A stretch of 32,000 bases of DNA, from assembly GCA_000503915.1 (NCBI GenBank), contig CP006915.1, positions 270,001 to 302,000 of the forward strand, in the 5' to 3' direction. This DNA is from Candidatus Saccharimonadota bacterium (lineage in GTDB: Bacteria > Patescibacteriota > Saccharimonadia > Saccharimonadales > Saccharimonadaceae). The stretch's first letter is position 1. Each line of letters starts with the position of its first letter. The notes under the pieces were generated by a model. It was not told where the DNA came from. It made no database searches and saw only the letters and a list, made by a program, of their open reading frames with translations. Shown piece by piece: positions 24,650 through 31,413 of the stretch. The position numbers and the translations under genes were made by a program.

Positions 24650-27600
24650 TTACAGTTGCCCGTTCGGTCCGCGTCCGTCATCAAAGTCGTGGACACGATC
24701 TGTGCGGAAGACTGTCGGAGCCTTTGTCTTTGCATACGTCTCGTATGCAACCTTAGTCTCCATCGGTATGGTCGAGCGGCGATCGCTTATGTAGTTGCCA
24801 ATGACCTGCATCAACTCGGCCTCACGGTCACCAATACCTGCCCTAACTTGAGGATCGGTAAGCGCGAATTCGATCGTATTAACCAGAGAGACGCGCGCAC
24901 TTTCGTCAATCCTGCCTCGCATATCGTCGTCACGAAGTATCTGAATCGTGCGCTGGAGTTCATCGACATCGGTTTGAGCCAAGCGGCTGGCATTGATCTT
25001 CTTGTCATTGATGTCACGGACAATTGCCTCCTGGCCTTCCAGGAAGAAGGTACCGACTTCAGCGTTGCCTCGGTCTGTGCCCGAGAAGCTTTTGATTGCC
25101 AACTTGCTGTTTTTGGCCGACTCAACGAATAGCTGCTGAATGTCACGACGGCGATCGATCTCTGCTTGATCGGTAATCCGCACACCTTTAAGTGGCTTAC
25201 CTTCGGCATCTTTTTGTATGAAGCCTTGCGCATCACGTACGAGCTCGTAGTAAGCATTGTCGTCCTCGTCATAATTCATACCAAGAGTACTGACGTAATC
25301 TTTTGTCCTCTGGTAGGCCCAGTTGTTACCTTTGGTGAGGAGTATCTCACGCATAGCTGCGTCACGAAGGGCTTCGTTGCTCGATACATCGTTTTCGTCC
25401 CTGTCGTGACCAGTTTGATGAAGCTTAATCAACTCGGCTAAGCTATACTCACTGAGCACGGAGCGAGAGTTCTCGACATCCTCGAGGTAGGCAGAGACAA
25501 TGTCCTTCTTTGCTTTAGCATATATGCGGTTCGAAGCGCTCTCACCGCCAATGCCGCCCGCGTAGGTTCGTAGGGCGTCGTTGGTTTTGAGCTCGTTGGA
25601 CATGTTGGCCTGTTGTACGCGTTTGGCGGCTTCTTGACCCCACTTCTCTACCTCAATATCTTGGCCAAGCTGCTTGATCCTTCCGGCGGCCATTTTATCG
25701 GCGTTGAGCGTGATATTTGGTGCGGAGGCTCCGTCGGCACGGATATTAGCGATCAGCTTGTTCCACTGCTCTTCATACTTGGTGGCAGAATCAGTGGCCT
25801 CCACAGCCTGTAAACGAAGATTGCGAACATGGTCGTCTGTTCGTGAGGTGCGATCAAAGTAGGCATCAGCTCGTTTCTCTAAAATCGTATCAATCGTGCC
25901 GGCCTCCTTTTTCATCGCTTGAGTTTCGTTGTAAAGTCGCCGCAGACCACGTGCTGCTGCAGAACTTCCGGTAAATTCGCTCTTGAACTCTAGCTCCGCT
26001 TCAGTGTCGAGCCGTGCCTTAATCGCCTCGGCATGCTTGGTGTCGACGGTCGCATGAATCTTTCTGTCACGAAGTGCTTGGGTTTGGTTGATCTGAGTTT
26101 GCAAGTCGCGCTCAGCATGAGCTGTGAGTGACTCTTCGTAAATATCGCCCCTTCCCTTGGCGAGGTGTGCCTCGTGGTGGAGTTGGCGACGATAGACATT
26201 CTGTCTGTCGTTACCAGTGGCCATAGCAGTTTTGTAGCCTTCGAAATTGGTACTCTCACCATAGTGCTTCTCTGCTTCGGCATCGTGGGAACGAGTGTAG
26301 ATACGACGTCCGGCTGCAGTCTGCGTAAAGAGTCCTTCGCTCATACTTTCATTGGCGGTCTTCATAGCTTCGCGCTCACGGCGGCGGTAGTCACGGTAGT
26401 AGGCCAGGTTGTTGGGGTTGGTGCGCGCCAAGCCGCGGCGCAGCCTGCTATTATACTGGCGTCGACCGTCCTGGAAGCCCAGTCGTTTTGCTCGCTGATC
26501 TTGCTGCATGCGACCACGAGCCTGCTCTTGCCCGCGGCGCGTGTCAGCCCAGTTCTTGGTGCGGTCAAAGACACCCTTACTCTTATCGTTGGTGATATTG
26601 GCGATTGCGGAAAGCAGACCACCACTCAGCTTAATGAGAAATGGCGTAATAAAGAGCGGGACGATCTGGACGGTCATACCGAGGATGACCACGATGATAC
26701 TGTCGGTATTTTGGATGATAAGCGTCCCCGCCAGCTGGGCACCACCGAAAATGACCGAAAAGGCCGGGAACATGATAAGCATGTTCATGAATAGCTTCCG
26801 CCAGCGTGTGAACCATTCTTCAGTGTTTGGTAGTAGGTAGGCGACGAATGCCAGGGGCGAGATGATGATAAATATCGTGATAAGCGCCTGCCTGGCCGCC
26901 AAGACGGCGACGGCGACGATGGCAGCAAAAATAGCCGGGATTAGCGCGCTCAGGAGCAGCATCGCCAACCCTACGCCTGTACCAGAGGCGATGATCACTG
27001 CCGAAGCGCCGAAAAGTACCGCACCTCCGCCCGCTAATACGCCGGCGCTGACATTTGCCCAAGTTGGTGTGGCGGTATTGGCGGCGGCAGAATTAGGCGC
27101 ACCGGCGATAGCGCGGAGCGACTCGAACATATTCTGAATGGAGAACCCAAGGATATTTGAAAGGTCGACTCCGAGTGCACAGATCCAGTACGAAAGGTTC
27201 ACCAGGATAGCTGCGATGATCAGACGAGGCAAAAGTTTTTTGATTGTGTAGTTACTGAGAAGTCCCCCGGTGATTTGACCATAGATCATGATAAGGAACC
27301 CGACTACGAATAGAACATTAGCGATACTTCGAGCGATGTCCCACATCCGGTACAGGCTGCTGTCGTTGGTGGTGAGGAGAGAAACCTCAAAAAATTTGGT
27401 GATGACACCATAGAGAAAGTCCATCGATTCGGCGATCGCTTTACTGACGGGACAGATAATCCAACCGATACCATCGAGGTCACATGAACTGGTCGGCTCC
27501 TGTATCGGCGGTGCGCGTGGGGTGATGTGGATTGTCTCGGACGTCCCAGGATCAGAAAACTCCGGTAGTCCGTTTTCTCCGCCGGTATATTTTTCGTAGC

Positions 27601-27913
27601 TGATAAATGTTGCCGACTTCGATTCATTGAGGTAGCTTTTACTCTCAGTCGAATCAAAGAAAATGACCGAACCCTTCTTCTGATCCTTTATGAGGTCTAC
27701 GAAAACGATTGACCCATCTGGAACGCCAGGCAGAGTATCTGAGGCTTGTTTGACGATTGGCCCTTGGTAGGTGCGGCCGTCATAAAGAATGGTTTTATCA
27801 TCTTGCCAGGTGGCGTCGCTGGCGGCATACACCGAGGTAGGGCTAAGGAGTAAATACGTGAAGACGACCACCAAAAATGTGGCGAACAGCATGATAAAAT
27901 TCCGCGTGGACAT
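24650..27913 (-). CDS. Giant VirB6/TrbL-like polytopic T4SS channel protein, paralogue B (very long charged C-terminal tail)
   Basis: The ORF-track frame is open to 27949 (1099 aa). I prefer the ATG at 27913 because GAGG lies 4 nt upstream and the product then starts with a clean signal peptide, MSTRNFIMLFATFLVVVFTYLLLSPTSVYA. Blocks shared with paralogue A: SSCDLDGIGWIICPV, LPRLIIAAILVNLSYWICALGVDLSNILG, SPLAFVAYLLPNTEEWFTRWR. An R/E/K/D/Q-rich C-terminal region of about 630 aa follows (about 24650-26539). Confidence 0.75.
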   Translation of the reverse strand: MSTRNFIMLFATFLVVVFTYLLLSPTSVYAASDATWQDDKTILYDGRTYQGPIVKQASDTLPGVPDGSIVFVDLIKDQKKGSVIFFDSTESKSYLNESKSATFISYEKYTGGENGLPEFSDPGTSETIHITPRAPPIQEPTSSCDLDGIGWIICPVSKAIAESMDFLYGVITKFFEVSLLTTNDSSLYRMWDIARSIANVLFVVGFLIMIYGQITGGLLSNYTIKKLLPRLIIAAILVNLSYWICALGVDLSNILGFSIQNMFESLRAIAGAPNSAAANTATPTWANVSAGVLAGGGAVLFGASAVIIASGTGVGLAMLLLSALIPAIFAAIVAVAVLAARQALITIFIIISPLAFVAYLLPNTEEWFTRWRKLFMNMLIMFPAFSVIFGGAQLAGTLIIQNTDSIIVVILGMTVQIVPLFITPFLIKLSGGLLSAIANITNDKSKGVFDRTKNWADTRRGQEQARGRMQQDQRAKRLGFQDGRRQYNSRLRRGLARTNPNNLAYYRDYRRREREAMKTANESMSEGLFTQTAAGRRIYTRSHDAEAEKHYGESTNFEGYKTAMATGNDRQNVYRRQLHHEAHLAKGRGDIYEESLTAHAERDLQTQINQTQALRDRKIHATVDTKHAEAIKARLDTEAELEFKSEFTGSSAAARGLRRLYNETQAMKKEAGTIDTILEKRADAYFDRTSRTDDHVRNLRLQAVEATDSATKYEEQWNKLIANIRADGASAPNITLNADKMAAGRIKQLGQDIEVEKWGQEAAKRVQQANMSNELKTNDALRTYAGGIGGESASNRIYAKAKKDIVSAYLEDVENSRSVLSEYSLAELIKLHQTGHDRDENDVSSNEALRDAAMREILLTKGNNWAYQRTKDYVSTLGMNYDEDDNAYYELVRDAQGFIQKDAEGKPLKGVRITDQAEIDRRRDIQQLFVESAKNSKLAIKSFSGTDRGNAEVGTFFLEGQEAIVRDINDKKINASRLAQTDVDELQRTIQILRDDDMRGRIDESARVSLVNTIEFALTDPQVRAGIGDREAELMQVIGNYISDRRSTIPMETKVAYETYAKTKAPTVFRTDRVHDFDDGRGPNGQL

Positions 27914-27959
27914 TCTACCTCGCGGGAAGCTTAAGACTAACTCCCACATATCGCTTCTA

Positions 27960-27988
27960 ACAGTATCATTTTATAGATGAAAAGTCAA
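27960..27988 (-). promoter_or_regulatory. Possible promoter for VirB6-like paralogue B (divergent from the pilin promoter)
   Basis: On the minus strand: TTGACT (27983-27988), a 17-nt spacer, then TACTGT (27960-27965). The -10 element is weak. Confidence 0.3.
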
Positions 27989-28021
27989 CCACCCGTCTCT
28001 GATAATAGTCACGGAAAATAC

Positions 28022-28050
28022 TTGCGCTCTAGCCACTTTTATCGTATGTT
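28022..28050 (+). promoter_or_regulatory. Possible promoter for the pilin gene array
   Basis: TTGCGC (28022-28027), a 17-nt spacer, then TATGTT (28045-28050). Only 9 nt (aaagaagac, no clear SD) lie before the ATG at 28060. The -10-to-ATG spacing is the same as at 23579-23569. Confidence 0.35.
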
Positions 28051-28059
28051 AAAGAAGAC

Positions 28060-28749
28060 ATGAAATTAAAACAAAAAATTCTAGTAACTGGAGTGTTTAC
28101 GCTTTTCGTTTCACTGTTTAGCCTGGCAGGGTTGGTGTACCCAGCCTACGCTGATCCGGCAGCGACTGGAAAATCGGTGGTATGTAACGACGGTAAAACA
28201 GTCGTAGCACATAAGTATGATGCCCCACCAGTTGAATCTATGGACGACAAAGACTACCAAGTCGCCTGCAAGAAGCATCGTGGCTATACGCATATCGATG
28301 AAACGATCGTCTGTAAAGACGGCAGTTCACAAAATGTCTATAAAAAACTAGCCGATCCCAAGGATAAGTTAGATGACAAAGATAGACAAAAAGCTTGCAA
28401 GGGGCATGGTGGCATTAAACCAGCTTCCTCGGATGACGAGCCTGCAGTCAACGACTGTGGAGGCGTCGACACAGCTATCATCAAATGCGACAGTAGCGGC
28501 ACCGGCCTCGAGAGCAATGCTGTCTGGAAGTTGCTGATCATCGCGATCAACATATTGAGCGCCGGCGTGGGTATCTTGGCGGTCGGCGGCATCATCTATG
28601 CTTCAATCCTCTATACGACGGCCGAAGACAAGCAGGATCAGATCAATAAAGCCAAGGACATCATCCAAAATGTGGTCATTGGACTTGTTGCCTACGCTCT
28701 GATGTGGGCGGGACTTAATTTCTTGATACCAGGAGGATTATTCAGTTGA
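28060..28749 (+). CDS. VirB2/TrbC-like T4SS pilin paralogue 1 (long, with a duplicated Cys-module ectodomain)
   Basis: 229-aa ORF with a signal peptide ending AYA-D. Two modules of about 36 aa share identical Cys spacing. The C-terminal two-helix hairpin (LLIIAINILSAGVGILAVGGIIYASILY ... NVVIGLVAYALMWAGLNFLIP) is shared with the five downstream genes. Confidence 0.65.
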   Translation: MKLKQKILVTGVFTLFVSLFSLAGLVYPAYADPAATGKSVVCNDGKTVVAHKYDAPPVESMDDKDYQVACKKHRGYTHIDETIVCKDGSSQNVYKKLADPKDKLDDKDRQKACKGHGGIKPASSDDEPAVNDCGGVDTAIIKCDSSGTGLESNAVWKLLIIAINILSAGVGILAVGGIIYASILYTTAEDKQDQINKAKDIIQNVVIGLVAYALMWAGLNFLIPGGLFS

Positions 28750-29201
28750 TGAAACGGTTTACTCATTTTGTTATTTCAGGACTCATTGTCATCCTTGGCA
28801 TGGGGGCAATGACACTGACGGTGGCACCAACGAGCTATGCCGCCCCGAAAGCTGACTGTAGTACGTCAAACTTCCTTACTTTTCCTGCCTGGTACAGGGG
28901 GCTTATAAATGAAGATGACTGTACGATGAAGAGCCCGAGCCAGCTTGGTGGCGATGATGAGACGAAACTATCGCGTTATATCTGGCGGATTGTTCTGAAC
29001 GTCCTCGAAATCGCGCTGCAGGTCGTCGGTTACGCGGCGGTCGCATACCTTATCTATGGCGGCTACAAGTACCTGGTGAGCACTGGTAGCCCCGACAAGA
29101 TTACGGCAGCTCGTAAAACGATCCAAAACGCTTTGATTGGCCTGATACTGTCCTTTATGTCGGTGGCGATTGTCGCAACGATTGCTGGAGGGATCAAGTA
29201 G
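28746..29201 (+). CDS. VirB2/TrbC-like T4SS pilin paralogue 2
   Basis: 151-aa ORF. It starts at TTG 28746 (AGGAGG 9 nt upstream) or ATG 28749 and overlaps the stop of paralogue 1. It has a signal peptide (…TVAPTSYA), two Cys in the mature N-region and a C-terminal two-helix hairpin (VVGYAAVAYLIYGGYKYLVSTGSPDKITAARKTIQNALIGLILSF). Confidence 0.65.
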   Translation: MMKRFTHFVISGLIVILGMGAMTLTVAPTSYAAPKADCSTSNFLTFPAWYRGLINEDDCTMKSPSQLGGDDETKLSRYIWRIVLNVLEIALQVVGYAAVAYLIYGGYKYLVSTGSPDKITAARKTIQNALIGLILSFMSVAIVATIAGGIK

Positions 29202-29202
29202 T

Positions 29203-29493
29203 ATGTTTGCTTCTCTGTACACTCTGGCAGCAACGAAGATTAGCGGTAGCGATATTAATATTCCACGAGTAGAGGCCGACAGTGTTCTTGCAAGTGTACT
29301 CAATATTGCCTATTTTGCGGCTGGCATCACCGCGGTTATCGTCGTCATCGTCGGCGGCATCTTCTATGCGATTTCATATGGTGACATGGCAAAGGTCAAG
29401 CGTGGCAAAGATATGATCCTCTACGGGGTGATCGGTCTCGTCTTTGTCATGATTGCTTTTACGGTGACAAACTTTATAGTAGGATGGTTTTAG
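29203..29493 (+). CDS. VirB2/TrbC-like T4SS pilin paralogue 3 (shortest; no obvious cleavable signal peptide)
   Basis: The ORF-track frame opens at 29170 inside paralogue 2. I prefer the ATG at 29203 (GGAGG 11 nt upstream, 1 nt after the upstream stop), giving 96 aa. Hairpin: ITAVIVVIVGGIFYAISYGDMAKVKRGKDMILYGVIGLVFVMIAFTVTNFIVGWF. Confidence 0.6.
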   Translation: MFASLYTLAATKISGSDINIPRVEADSVLASVLNIAYFAAGITAVIVVIVGGIFYAISYGDMAKVKRGKDMILYGVIGLVFVMIAFTVTNFIVGWF

Positions 29494-29495
29494 AT

Positions 29496-29873
29496 ATGAA
29501 GCGAAGATTTACTACCCTCACCCTTGTAGCAGCAATGACGTTTGGCGTAGCGTCAATGGTACCAGCTGCTTCCGCTGGTGCGATAAACGTCTTTGATAGC
29601 TGTAGCACTGGTACAAGCGACAGTGAAATATGTAAAGCAAAGAACGAATCGATCAACCCGGTGGTTCAAAATATCATCAACCTGCTGCTGTGGGCGATCG
29701 GCCTGATCTCGGTCATTATGATCATCATCGGCGGCATCCGTTACACGATGTCAAATGGCGACGCCAATATGGTGCGCGCCGCCAAGGATACGGTGATGTA
29801 CGCGGTGATCGGCTTAGTCGTTGCAATACTGGCCTATGCTATCGTTAATTTTGTCGTTACTTGGTTTAAATAA
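29496..29873 (+). CDS. VirB2/TrbC-like T4SS pilin paralogue 4
   Basis: The preferred start is the ATG at 29496 (MKRRFTTLTLVAAMTFGVASMVPAASA signal peptide). The mature N-region has C-x9-C. The hairpin LLLWAIGLISVIMIIIGGIRYTMSNGDANMVRAAKDTVMYAVIGLVVAILAYAIVNFVV is nearly identical in pattern to paralogues 5 and 6. Confidence 0.75.
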   Translation: MKRRFTTLTLVAAMTFGVASMVPAASAGAINVFDSCSTGTSDSEICKAKNESINPVVQNIINLLLWAIGLISVIMIIIGGIRYTMSNGDANMVRAAKDTVMYAVIGLVVAILAYAIVNFVVTWFK

Positions 29874-29885
29874 AAGGAGAACACT

Positions 29886-30272
29886 ATGACACACAAGCTA
29901 CGTACTCTCATTCTGTCTGGCCTTATGGTACTGGGGCTCAGCGCGGCTCCATTAGTGTTAGCCGGCAATAGCGTTTACGCCACCACTGCAACCGACAATG
30001 TCACCAAGGGCTTGAATGCTACAGGTGCCAGTAATGGTAAGAACCTTCAGAAGAACATTAAGACAGTTGTAAATGTTATCCTCTTCTTGCTCGGTGCGAT
30101 TGCAGTGATCATGATTATCCTTGGTGGCGTGCGCTACGTGCTCTCCAATGGGGAGGCATCACAGGTGACAGCGGCAAAAAATACGATTCTGTACGCGGTG
30201 ATCGGCTTGATCGTTGCCCTACTCGCCTATGCGATTGTCAACTTCGTCGTCGATCAGTTTACAAAGCCTTAA
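29886..30272 (+). CDS. VirB2/TrbC-like T4SS pilin paralogue 5
   Basis: 128-aa ORF with AGGAG 6 nt upstream and a signal peptide (…VLAGNSVYA). Hairpin: ILFLLGAIAVIMIILGGVRYVLSNGEASQVTAAKNTILYAVIGLIVALLAYAIVNFVV. It shares a 19-nt identical run with paralogue 4 (29797-29815 = 30190-30208). Confidence 0.75.
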   Translation: MTHKLRTLILSGLMVLGLSAAPLVLAGNSVYATTATDNVTKGLNATGASNGKNLQKNIKTVVNVILFLLGAIAVIMIILGGVRYVLSNGEASQVTAAKNTILYAVIGLIVALLAYAIVNFVVDQFTKP

Positions 30273-30334
30273 CAAAAGAGGTGGATTCTGCTATAACTAA
30301 AGCAAGTAACATTCGAAGAAAGGAATTAAAACGA

Positions 30335-30757
30335 ATGAAAAATATTTTGAAAAAAGCTGCACGTTCGCTGATGCTCGTACCAGCAATGGCGTTGGCACTG
30401 AGCTTTGCGGCAGTACCGTTTGGCGGTTCCGCGTATGCTGCTGACCCAACTTGTGATGGTACTACTGGCCTCAACGCTACAACCGGAGCAAAATGTGCTA
30501 AAGGAACTGGTACAAGTGATAATCTATTTGGTCAAGGCGGGATCTTCCGAACCATTACCAACGTACTACTCTTCCTAATTGGTGCCGTAGCGGTCATTAT
30601 GCTGATCATCGGCGGTATCCGCTACACGATTTCAGGTGGTGACTCAACTGCCGTCACTGCCGCAAAAAACACGATTCTTTACTCAATCGTCGGAATCATC
30701 GTGGCGCTGCTTGCTTACGCGATTGTCAACTTCGTACTCGATAGCTTTACAGTTTAA
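30335..30757 (+). CDS. VirB2/TrbC-like T4SS pilin paralogue 6
   Basis: The ORF-track frame opens at 30281 on a GTG. I prefer the ATG at 30335 (MKNILKKAARSLMLVPAMALALSFAAVPFGGSAYA signal peptide). The mature N-region has C-x13-C. Hairpin: LLFLIGAVAVIMLIIGGIRYTISGGDSTAVTAAKNTILYSIVGIIVALLAYAIVNFVL. It shares a 17-nt identical run with paralogue 5 (30231-30247 = 30719-30735). Confidence 0.75.
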   Translation: MKNILKKAARSLMLVPAMALALSFAAVPFGGSAYAADPTCDGTTGLNATTGAKCAKGTGTSDNLFGQGGIFRTITNVLLFLIGAVAVIMLIIGGIRYTISGGDSTAVTAAKNTILYSIVGIIVALLAYAIVNFVLDSFTV

Positions 30758-30784
30758 AGCTAATCTTTTGTATAAGCACCAACG

Positions 30785-30813
30785 AAAAACCACCGGTTTG
30801 ACCGGTGGTTTTG
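30785..30813. terminator. Bidirectional intrinsic terminator between the pilin array and hsp20
   Basis: An 11-bp perfect stem (aaaaccaccgg at 30786-30796 / ccggtggtttt at 30802-30812) with the loop tttga. It has an A-run on the left and a T-run on the right, so it can terminate both convergent transcripts. Confidence 0.8.
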
Positions 30814-30831
30814 CTGAATCAGCTATAGGTT

Positions 30832-31305
30832 CTACTGAATCGTAATCTTCTTGGCTTGTTCTTGCTTCACCTTGTTGAAGCTAATCGTTAGAACGCCGTC
30901 TTTCAAGACCGCTTCGACTTCTTCTTCCTTAACGGCGACCGGCAGGGCTACAGTACGGCTAAATTCGCCCCAGTAGCACTCCTGGATGTGCCAGTTGCTG
31001 ACCTCTGAGTCGTCACCGCTTGAGAGCGTGCCGCTGATAGTCAGGATGCCGTCTGAGATACTAACGTCGAGGTCTTCTTTGTTGACACCGGCGGTACGTG
31101 CTTTTACGATCAGCCTGTCTTCTGTCTCATAGACATCGACAGCGAGCTGACCAGGAAAGTCCTCTTCTGCTTCGTCCCAGCTCGCGTCGTCGGCTGGTTG
31201 AGCCGGCGCCTGGACATTATTGGTTTGTGAGAGATCGTCGTCATTCAAGAAGGCTGCTGCGAGCTCGTCTTCAATGAGCAAATCGTCATTTTGTTTACGG
31301 GCCAT
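30832..31305 (-). CDS. Hsp20/alpha-crystallin family small heat-shock protein
   Basis: The frame is open to 31323, but the ATG at 31305 has GGAGG 5 nt upstream. The alpha-crystallin domain is present: AVDVYETEDRLIVKARTAGVNKEDLDVSISDGILTISG...FSRTVALPVAVKEEEVEAVLKDGVLTISFNK. Confidence 0.9.
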   Translation of the reverse strand: MARKQNDDLLIEDELAAAFLNDDDLSQTNNVQAPAQPADDASWDEAEEDFPGQLAVDVYETEDRLIVKARTAGVNKEDLDVSISDGILTISGTLSSGDDSEVSNWHIQECYWGEFSRTVALPVAVKEEEVEAVLKDGVLTISFNKVKQEQAKKITIQ

Positions 31306-31353
31306 GATTTCCTCCACTTCCATCTAAGGCTCTATTGACAGATTGTCCCCTTC

Positions 31354-31382
31354 AGTATAACGAAGCGTTAGCGTATAATCAA
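31354..31382 (-). promoter_or_regulatory. Sigma70-like promoter for hsp20
   Basis: On the minus strand: TTGATT (31377-31382), a 17-nt spacer, then TATACT (31354-31359). It lies about 45 nt upstream of the hsp20 start. On the plus strand a TATAAT (31374-31379) overlaps it and may serve the divergent comF-like gene. Confidence 0.45.
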
Positions 31383-31413
31383 CAGCTAGAAAGTGCAAAA
31401 CGTAAAAAGTACA

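Larger units (their letters stand above)
29496..30757 (+). repeat. Tandem array of three closely related pilin gene copies (paralogues 4-6) with nucleotide-level similarity in their 3' halves
   Basis: The conserved 3' halves encode (I/V)RY..S.G(D/E)...V.AAK(D/N)T..Y..(I/V)G..VA.LAYAIVNFV. Exact shared nucleotide runs of 17-19 nt occur between neighbouring copies (coordinates are given in the CDS entries). Confidence 0.7.

Noticed and set aside
24521-26840. Several 60-210-aa ORFs on both strands inside VirB6-like paralogue B (for example 24521-25132 +, 26165-26794 +, 24811-25272 -)
   Set aside because: All are nested within the 1099-aa frame, which is supported by paralogy to 20621-23569. None has motifs or an SD. 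They are shadow ORFs, as expected in a long ORF at this GC content.
11243-30757. Reading the T4SS locus as an integrated conjugative element or prophage-like island
   Set aside because: The window contains no relaxase, coupling protein, integrase/recombinase, transposase, tRNA target or flanking direct repeats. The locus abuts dnaN with zero spacing and is followed by core genes. This cannot be fully excluded without the rest of the genome.
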